Program-made: the position numbers and the translations under genes
Assembly: GCA_947624635.1 (NCBI GenBank)
Contig: CANQLF010000001.1
Coordinates: forward strand, 1-33,742
DNA length: 33,742 nt
DNA from: an uncultured Bacilli bacterium
GTDB lineage: Bacteria > Bacillota_I > Bacilli_A > RF39 > UBA660
Reading direction: 5' to 3'
Notes under the pieces: generated by a model
Database searches by the model: none
What the model was told of the DNA's origin: nothing
What the model saw: the letters and a program-made list of their open reading frames with translations, nothing else
Part shown: in pieces, positions 27,052-33,742 of the stretch
How positions within the stretch are numbered: position 1 is the stretch's first letter
How the letters are laid out: each line of letters begins with the position of its first letter

Positions 27052-27117
27052 ATAAATTAAAAAAATAGGAAAAATTTTATATTTTACCTATTTTTTTAAC
27101 TATAACCCTTGATTTTG

Positions 27118-27126
27118 TGATATAAT
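27118..27126 (+). promoter_or_regulatory. Extended -10 element (TGATATAAT) upstream of recF
   Basis: TGATATAAT at 27118-27126. No convincing -35 at 17 nt. Confidence 0.3.
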
Positions 27127-27192
27127 TAATATGCGTATAGGAGTATTGATGAGGTATTAAGGTGGTTTTATGGGTAAAAAAATAGGCTTAAA

Positions 27193-28308
27193 ATGGTTTT
27201 AACAAATATTTCATTAATTAATTTTAGAAATTATTCTAAAGTAGAATTAGATTTATGTAAAAATATAAATATACTTATCGGAAATAATGCCCAAGGAAAA
27301 ACAAATATACTTGAATCAATATACGTTTTAGGAATTACAAAATCTCACAGATCTAATATAGATAATAATTTAATAAAAAATGGAGAAGAATTTTGCAAAA
27401 TAAGAGGTAGGGTTACAACGAGTAATATATCTAGAAGATTAGAGTTTTTTTTATCTCTTATAAATAAAGAAAAAAAAGTATTTATTAATAATAATCAAAT
27501 AAGAAAATTAACGAATTATATATCTAAATTTAATATAATAATATTTACTCCTGATGATTTAGAATTAGTAAAATCATCGCCAAATGTTAGAAGAAAGTTT
27601 CTAAATATAGAAATAGGGCAAATGGATAATAAATATTTAGATGTTGTAAATGATTATAATAAATTAGTAAAAACAAGAAATGAATATTTAAAACAATTAA
27701 ATTATTCTAAGAAAAAAGATGATTTATATTTAAAAGTTTTAAATGAAAAAATAATAGAAAAAGCTTTGTATATTTATAAATTAAGATTTGAATTTATAGA
27801 TTTAATTAATAAAAATATTGGTGAAATTTATAAGGATATAACAGGTGATTCTAATTTAAAAATAGAATATATAAACAATATTGGTGTGGATAAATACAGT
27901 GAAGATGAAATAAAAAGAAAATTAGAAGAAAAATTTAGATTAAACTTACAAAGAGAGATAATGCTTGGAGTTACACTTCATGGTCCACACAAGGATGATT
28001 TTTCATTTTTATTAAATGGAAATGATTTAAAGTTATTTGGTTCACAAGGTCAACAAAGAAGTTCAATATTATCTTTGAAACTTGCAGAAATTGATATATT
28101 TATTGATAAAACAAAAGAAAAACCAATATTACTTTTGGATGATATATTTAGTGAACTTGATGATATAAAGAAAAATAATTTGATAAAACATATTAATAGA
28201 GATATACAGACTATAATAACTACAACTGATTTAAATCAAATAAATAGTGAGTTATTAGAGGGTGCATATATATATAAAATAGATGATGGCAAAGTAGAAA
28301 GGCAATAG
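27193..28308 (+). CDS. recF: DNA replication and repair protein RecF
   Basis: 371 aa. N-terminus L.NFRNY, Walker A GNNAQGKTNILE, signature GSQGQQRS, Walker B ILLLDDIFSELD. Confidence 0.93.
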   Translation: MVLTNISLINFRNYSKVELDLCKNINILIGNNAQGKTNILESIYVLGITKSHRSNIDNNLIKNGEEFCKIRGRVTTSNISRRLEFFLSLINKEKKVFINNNQIRKLTNYISKFNIIIFTPDDLELVKSSPNVRRKFLNIEIGQMDNKYLDVVNDYNKLVKTRNEYLKQLNYSKKKDDLYLKVLNEKIIEKALYIYKLRFEFIDLINKNIGEIYKDITGDSNLKIEYINNIGVDKYSEDEIKRKLEEKFRLNLQREIMLGVTLHGPHKDDFSFLLNGNDLKLFGSQGQQRSSILSLKLAEIDIFIDKTKEKPILLLDDIFSELDDIKKNNLIKHINRDIQTIITTTDLNQINSELLEGAYIYKIDDGKVERQ

Positions 28309-30237
<1,929 letters not shown>

Positions 30238-30249
30238 GAGGTTTTTTAG

Positions 30250-32691
30250 ATGGACAGATTAGAACAAAATAATATAGTTAAAGAAGTAAGAGATTCATTC
30301 TTAGATTATTCAATGAGTGTCATAGTAGCACGTGCACTTCCTGATTTAAGAGATGGATTAAAACCTGTTCACCGTCGTATATTATATTCGATGTATGAAT
30401 CTGGTTATACTCCTGATAAACCTCATAAGAAAAGTGCGAGAATAGTAGGGGATGTAATGGGAAAATACCATCCACATGGTGACTCTAGTATCTATGAAGC
30501 AATGGTACGTATGGCACAAGACTTTAGTTATAGATATGAACTTGTGGATGGACACGGAAACTTTGGTAATATCGAAGGTTATGGCGCAGCTGCGATGCGT
30601 TACACTGAATCTAGATTATCAAAAATTTCCCTTGAACTTCTTAGAAACATAAATAAAGATACAGTAGATTTTATTGATAACTTCGATGAATCAGAAAAAG
30701 AACCAACAGTTTTACCTTCAAGATTTCCGAATATTTTAGTAAATGGTACTATGGGTATTGCAGTTGGTATGGCAACTAATATTCCACCACATAACTTAGG
30801 TGAAGTAATAGATGGTTGTGTTGCTTATATTGATAATCCAGATATCGATGTTCCAGGATTAATGCAATATATTAAAGGACCTGACTTTCCTACAGGAGCT
30901 GTTATTTTAGGTAATAGTGGAATTAGAAAAGCTTATGAAACTGGTAGAGGAACAATTACTATCAGAAGTAGAGCTCATATAGAAGAAAATCATGGTAAAC
31001 AATACATAATAGTTGATGAAGTACCTTATGGTGTTAATACTTTAGAACTTAAAAACAAAGTTGCAGAATTAGTACATAATAAAACTATTGATGGAATTAC
31101 TGATTATCATGCGGATTTAAAAGATGGTATTAAAATAACTATTTCATTAAAAAGAGATGCAAATGCTCAAGTTGTTTTAAATAAATTATATAAACATACT
31201 GCTTTTCAAGTTAATTATGGTATTATTTTCTTAATGCTAGATCAAGGTGTTCCAAAAACTTTAGGATTAAAAGATATAATTGTTAAATATATAGATTACC
31301 AAAAAGAAATTATAATTAGAAGAACTAGATTTGATTTAGATAAAGCTGAAAAAAGAGTACATATCCTAGAAGGACTAAAGATAGCTTTAGATAATATTGA
31401 TGAAGTAATTAAATTAATTAGAGGTTCTAAAGCGGATGAAGAAGCAAAAAGTGGACTTATGGAAAGATTTGGACTTTCTGAAGCTCAAGCTAACGCAATT
31501 CTTGAAATGCGTCTTAGAAGATTAACTGGTTTGGAACGCGAAAAAATAGAAGACGAATTAAAAGAATTAACTGAATTAATAGCTGAACTTAAATCTATTT
31601 TAGCTTCTGAAGAAAAAGTTTTAAGTATAATTAAAGAAGAGTTATTAGAAATCAAAGAAAAATATGGTGATGAAAGAAGAACAGATATAGATATGACAGC
31701 TATTGAATATATCGAAGATGAATCACTTATTCCAGAAGAAAATATTATTGTTGCTTTAACCAAGAATGGTTACATTAAGCGTACAACTACTGATACTTTC
31801 AAAGCACAAAGACGTGGTGGTGTAGGTATTAAAGGTATGAGTACAAATGAAGAAGATTTTGTTGACAATATGATTAATTTATCTTCTCACGATTATCTAT
31901 TATTCTTTACTAATAAAGGTAAAGTTTATAGAATGAAAGGATACGAAGTTCCTGAATTTAGTAGGCAATCAAAAGGATTACCAATTATTAATTTATTATC
32001 AATAGAAAAAGACGAAAACATTAGTTCGATGCTAATGATTAAAAAAGATGAACAAGATGCAAAATATTTGCTATTTGTAACTAAAGATGGTGTAGTTAAG
32101 AGAACTAAGTTAGAAGAATTCGATAATATTAGAAATAATGGTAAGATAGCAATTACTCTAAAAGAAAATGATGAATTAATTAGTGTTAAGAAAACTACTG
32201 GAGATAACTTTATATTAATTGGATCTGATCAAGGAAGAATGGTAAGATTTAATGAAAATGAAGTTAGAGTAATGGGTAGAACTGCATCTGGTGTTAGAGG
32301 TATAAATATGCCAGAAGGTGCTAAATGTGTTGGTGCAGAAATATCTAATAGTGAAGATGAAATATTAATTGTTACTGAAAAAGGTTACGGAAAGCGTACA
32401 AAGGTTGAAGACTTTAGAGAAACAAGACGTGGTAGCAAGGGTGTTAAAGCACTTAATGTTACTGAAAAGAATGGAACTATAGTTGCATTTAAGATTGCAA
32501 ATGATGATGAAGATGTTATGGTAGTAACAAATAGCGGAATTATTATTAGATTACCTATTAATCAAGTTTCTGTTTTAGGTAGAGTTACTCAAGGTGTTAG
32601 ATTAATTAATTTAAAAGATAATCAAGTAGTAGCAACAGTTTCTACTGTTGTTAAAGAACAAGAATCTGATGAAGAAGAAGTCGAAGAATAG
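30250..32691 (+). CDS. gyrA: DNA gyrase subunit A
   Basis: 813 aa. QRDR region [17 protein letters not shown], catalytic Tyr context [11 protein letters not shown]-terminal beta-pinwheel repeats, acidic tail. TAGGAGG RBS. Confidence 0.95.
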   Translation: MDRLEQNNIVKEVRDSFLDYSMSVIVARALPDLRDGLKPVHRRILYSMYESGYTPDKPHKKSARIVGDVMGKYHPHGDSSIYEAMVRMAQDFSYRYELVDGHGNFGNIEGYGAAAMRYTESRLSKISLELLRNINKDTVDFIDNFDESEKEPTVLPSRFPNILVNGTMGIAVGMATNIPPHNLGEVIDGCVAYIDNPDIDVPGLMQYIKGPDFPTGAVILGNSGIRKAYETGRGTITIRSRAHIEENHGKQYIIVDEVPYGVNTLELKNKVAELVHNKTIDGITDYHADLKDGIKITISLKRDANAQVVLNKLYKHTAFQVNYGIIFLMLDQGVPKTLGLKDIIVKYIDYQKEIIIRRTRFDLDKAEKRVHILEGLKIALDNIDEVIKLIRGSKADEEAKSGLMERFGLSEAQANAILEMRLRRLTGLEREKIEDELKELTELIAELKSILASEEKVLSIIKEELLEIKEKYGDERRTDIDMTAIEYIEDESLIPEENIIVALTKNGYIKRTTTDTFKAQRRGGVGIKGMSTNEEDFVDNMINLSSHDYLLFFTNKGKVYRMKGYEVPEFSRQSKGLPIINLLSIEKDENISSMLMIKKDEQDAKYLLFVTKDGVVKRTKLEEFDNIRNNGKIAITLKENDELISVKKTTGDNFILIGSDQGRMVRFNENEVRVMGRTASGVRGINMPEGAKCVGAEISNSEDEILIVTEKGYGKRTKVEDFRETRRGSKGVKALNVTEKNGTIVAFKIANDDEDVMVVTNSGIIIRLPINQVSVLGRVTQGVRLINLKDNQVVATVSTVVKEQESDEEEVEE

Positions 32692-32702
32692 ACTTCTTTT
32701 TT
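32677..32702 (+). terminator. gyrA terminator
   Basis: GAAGTC (32677-32682) / GACTTC (32691-32696) stem with an 8-nt loop, followed by T6 (32697-32702). Overlaps the gyrA stop codon. Confidence 0.55.
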
Positions 32703-32704
32703 AA

Positions 32705-32720
32705 TGTTTCACGTGAAACA
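32705..32720. promoter_or_regulatory. parS site 1 (ParB/Spo0J centromere-like site)
   Basis: TGTTTCACGTGAAACA, a 16/16 fit to the Firmicute parS consensus TGTTNCACGTGAAACA. Perfect palindrome, 18 bp with flanking A/T. Confidence 0.85.
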
Positions 32721-32810
32721 TAGGTAGAAATTCTAATAAAAAAATAAAATTTAACAAAAAAATATAATTAAATATTGAAATAAATACTATTGATTATAAA
32801 AATAAAACAA

Positions 32811-32826
32811 TGTTTCACGTGAAACA
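32811..32826. promoter_or_regulatory. parS site 2
   Basis: Identical TGTTTCACGTGAAACA, 106 bp from site 1. Confidence 0.85.
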
Positions 32827-32917
32827 TAGGATTGAAATACTAATAAAATAATTGAGTTTAATCAAAACTATAATTAAATGTTAAAATAAATAATATTAAT
32901 TATAAAAAAAAAGACAA

Positions 32918-32933
32918 TGTTTCACGTGAAACA
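32918..32933. promoter_or_regulatory. parS site 3
   Basis: Identical TGTTTCACGTGAAACA, 107 bp from site 2. Confidence 0.85.
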
Positions 32934-33024
32934 TTAGATAGAAATGCAAATAAAATAATAAAACTTAATTAAAAATATAATTAAATGTTAAAATAAATAA
33001 TATTAATTATGAAAACAAAAATAA

Positions 33025-33040
33025 TGTTTCACGTGAAACA
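33025..33040. promoter_or_regulatory. parS site 4
   Basis: Identical TGTTTCACGTGAAACA, 107 bp from site 3 and 14 bp upstream of the ffs -35 element. Confidence 0.85.
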
Positions 33041-33053
33041 TTAATTATATTTC

Positions 33054-33083
33054 TTGCATAATTAAAATAATTTATAATATAAT
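33054..33083 (+). promoter_or_regulatory. ffs promoter
   Basis: TTGCAT (33054-33059), 18 nt, TATAAT (33078-33083). A second overlapping TATAAT lies at 33073-33078. Confidence 0.5.
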
Positions 33084-33087
33084 ATTA

Positions 33088-33167
33088 GTGCACAACAAAT
33101 ATGTTGGAACCAGGTCAGAATTGGAAGATAGCAGCCTTAACAACCTCTGTTTGTGTGTGCTTTTTTT
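33088..33167 (+). ncRNA. ffs: Signal recognition particle RNA, short (4.5S-like) form
   Basis: Domain IV signature CCAGGTCAGAATTGGAAGATAGCAGCC, including a GGAA tetraloop closed by AUU/GAU and the conserved AGCAGCC strand. The 5' GTGCACAACAAA pairs with the 3' TTTGTGTGTGC and is followed by T7. Ends uncertain by a few nt. Confidence 0.75.
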
Positions 33168-33179
33168 ATGGTGATGTTT

Positions 33180-33608
33180 ATGAATAATAAATTTTTGAAT
33201 GAAATAATTAAATTAGCAGAAAAAGCTGAGAAAAATAATTGCGTTCCAGTAGGTGCAATTGTAGTTAAAGATAATAAGATAATTAGTAAAGGCTATAATA
33301 AGAAAGAAAAAACTAACAATCCTATGGATCATGCAGAAATAATTGCAATTAAAAAAGCTTCTAAGAAAATTAAAAATTGGAGGATGCCAGATTGTGAAAT
33401 TTATGTAACGATGAAACCATGTGCTATGTGTCAAAAAGTGATTGCTGAAAGTAGAATAATGAAAGTACACTACTTAATTGATAATAAAAAACAATCAAGC
33501 ACAACAAATAATATTTTAAATAAAATAAATATGCAAAAAGAAAACGAACGTATATATGAAATAAATTATACTAAAATAATAACAAATTTTTTTAAAAAAA
33601 GACGATAA
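33180..33608 (+). CDS. tadA: tRNA-specific adenosine deaminase (CDA-fold zinc deaminase)
   Basis: Zinc-binding motifs DHAEIIAIKKA (HAE) and PCAMCQKVI (PCxxC). Start chosen at the ATG at 33180 (MNNKFLNEI), 4 nt after GGTGAT. The ORF-track start at 33153 lies inside the SRP RNA. ATGs at 33168 and 33174 are also possible. Confidence 0.8.
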   Translation: MNNKFLNEIIKLAEKAEKNNCVPVGAIVVKDNKIISKGYNKKEKTNNPMDHAEIIAIKKASKKIKNWRMPDCEIYVTMKPCAMCQKVIAESRIMKVHYLIDNKKQSSTTNNILNKINMQKENERIYEINYTKIITNFFKKRR

Positions 33609-33692
33609 AATTATATTTATTAAAAGTTAACATGATATAATAACAAGAGATTCAAACTGATATAAAATTTTCACAAACCTGTTGATAAGAGC

Positions 33693-33721
33693 TTGACTTC
33701 GGGGGGGGGTTAATTTATAAT
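33693..33721 (+). promoter_or_regulatory. Near-consensus sigma-A promoter with a G9 tract in the spacer, driving a gene beyond the window edge
   Basis: TTGACT (33693-33698), TC, GGGGGGGGG (33701-33709), TTAATT, TATAAT (33716-33721). Spacer is exactly 17 nt. Confidence 0.6.
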
Positions 33722-33742
33722 AAAATTAAGGCTAGTGGATAA

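Larger units (their letters stand above)
32704..33041. repeat. About 107-bp tandem repeat, 3 full units plus the start of a fourth, each beginning with ATGTTTCACGTGAAACAT
   Basis: The spacers between palindromes are related AT-rich sequences. For example, TATAATTAAATGTTAAAATAAATAATATTAATTAT is shared by units 2 and 3, and unit 1 is more diverged. Confidence 0.8.

Noticed and set aside
32704-33041. Regularly spaced identical 18-bp palindromic repeats, which could be mistaken for a small CRISPR array
   Set aside because: The repeat is only 18 bp and is an exact parS consensus. The ~89-bp intervening segments are homologous to each other (a tandem duplication, not unique spacers). No cas genes or leader are present.

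Overview
This window is the chromosomal replication-origin (oriC) neighbourhood of a very AT-rich Firmicute using the standard genetic code: all conserved genes read through without in-frame TGA. The gene content (rpoE delta subunit, Noc-type ParB paralogue, ComK-family regulator, jag/yidC, short SRP RNA) fits a Bacilli/Erysipelotrichia-like lineage. The species cannot be named from sequence alone.

Leftward (- strand) arm: rpmH-rnpA-yidC-jag-HD-mnmE-mnmG-rsmG-noc. This is followed by a 3-gene surface operon (S8 protease with BspA-type LRRs and a C-terminal dockerin; an Ig/cadherin-like membrane-anchored protein; a coiled-coil membrane protein). Next come a beta-lactamase-family serine hydrolase, a + strand class A PBP, a DUF1934-argS-rpoE-prfA operon, and two tandem TasA/camelysin-like genes with SipW-type signal peptides.

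Rightward (+ strand) arm: dnaA-dnaN-comK-like-recF-gyrB-gyrA, then ffs (SRP RNA) and tadA. oriC is bipartite, with DnaA-box clusters in the rpmH-dnaA and dnaA-dnaN spacers.

Most noteworthy observations:
(1) Two perfect Noc-binding-site palindromes (TATTTCCCGGGAAATA) sit on a 19-bp tandem repeat inside oriC.
(2) Four perfect parS palindromes (TGTTTCACGTGAAACA) are phased every 106-107 bp on a tandem repeat just after gyrA.
(3) The only ParB-family gene in the window is Noc-type by its HTH residues. It lacks an N-terminal membrane helix, carries a ~230-aa Q/N/P-rich insertion, and is not followed by soj-spo0J.
(4) G8 and G9 homopolymers lie exactly in the -35/-10 spacers of two near-consensus promoters, one driving a TasA-like gene. 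These are candidate phase-variable switches.
(5) A ComK-family gene occupies the slot normally held by yaaA, and remB/yaaB is absent.

No mobile elements, CRISPR arrays, tRNA or rRNA genes were seen. All family calls come from motif recognition by eye, not database searches.
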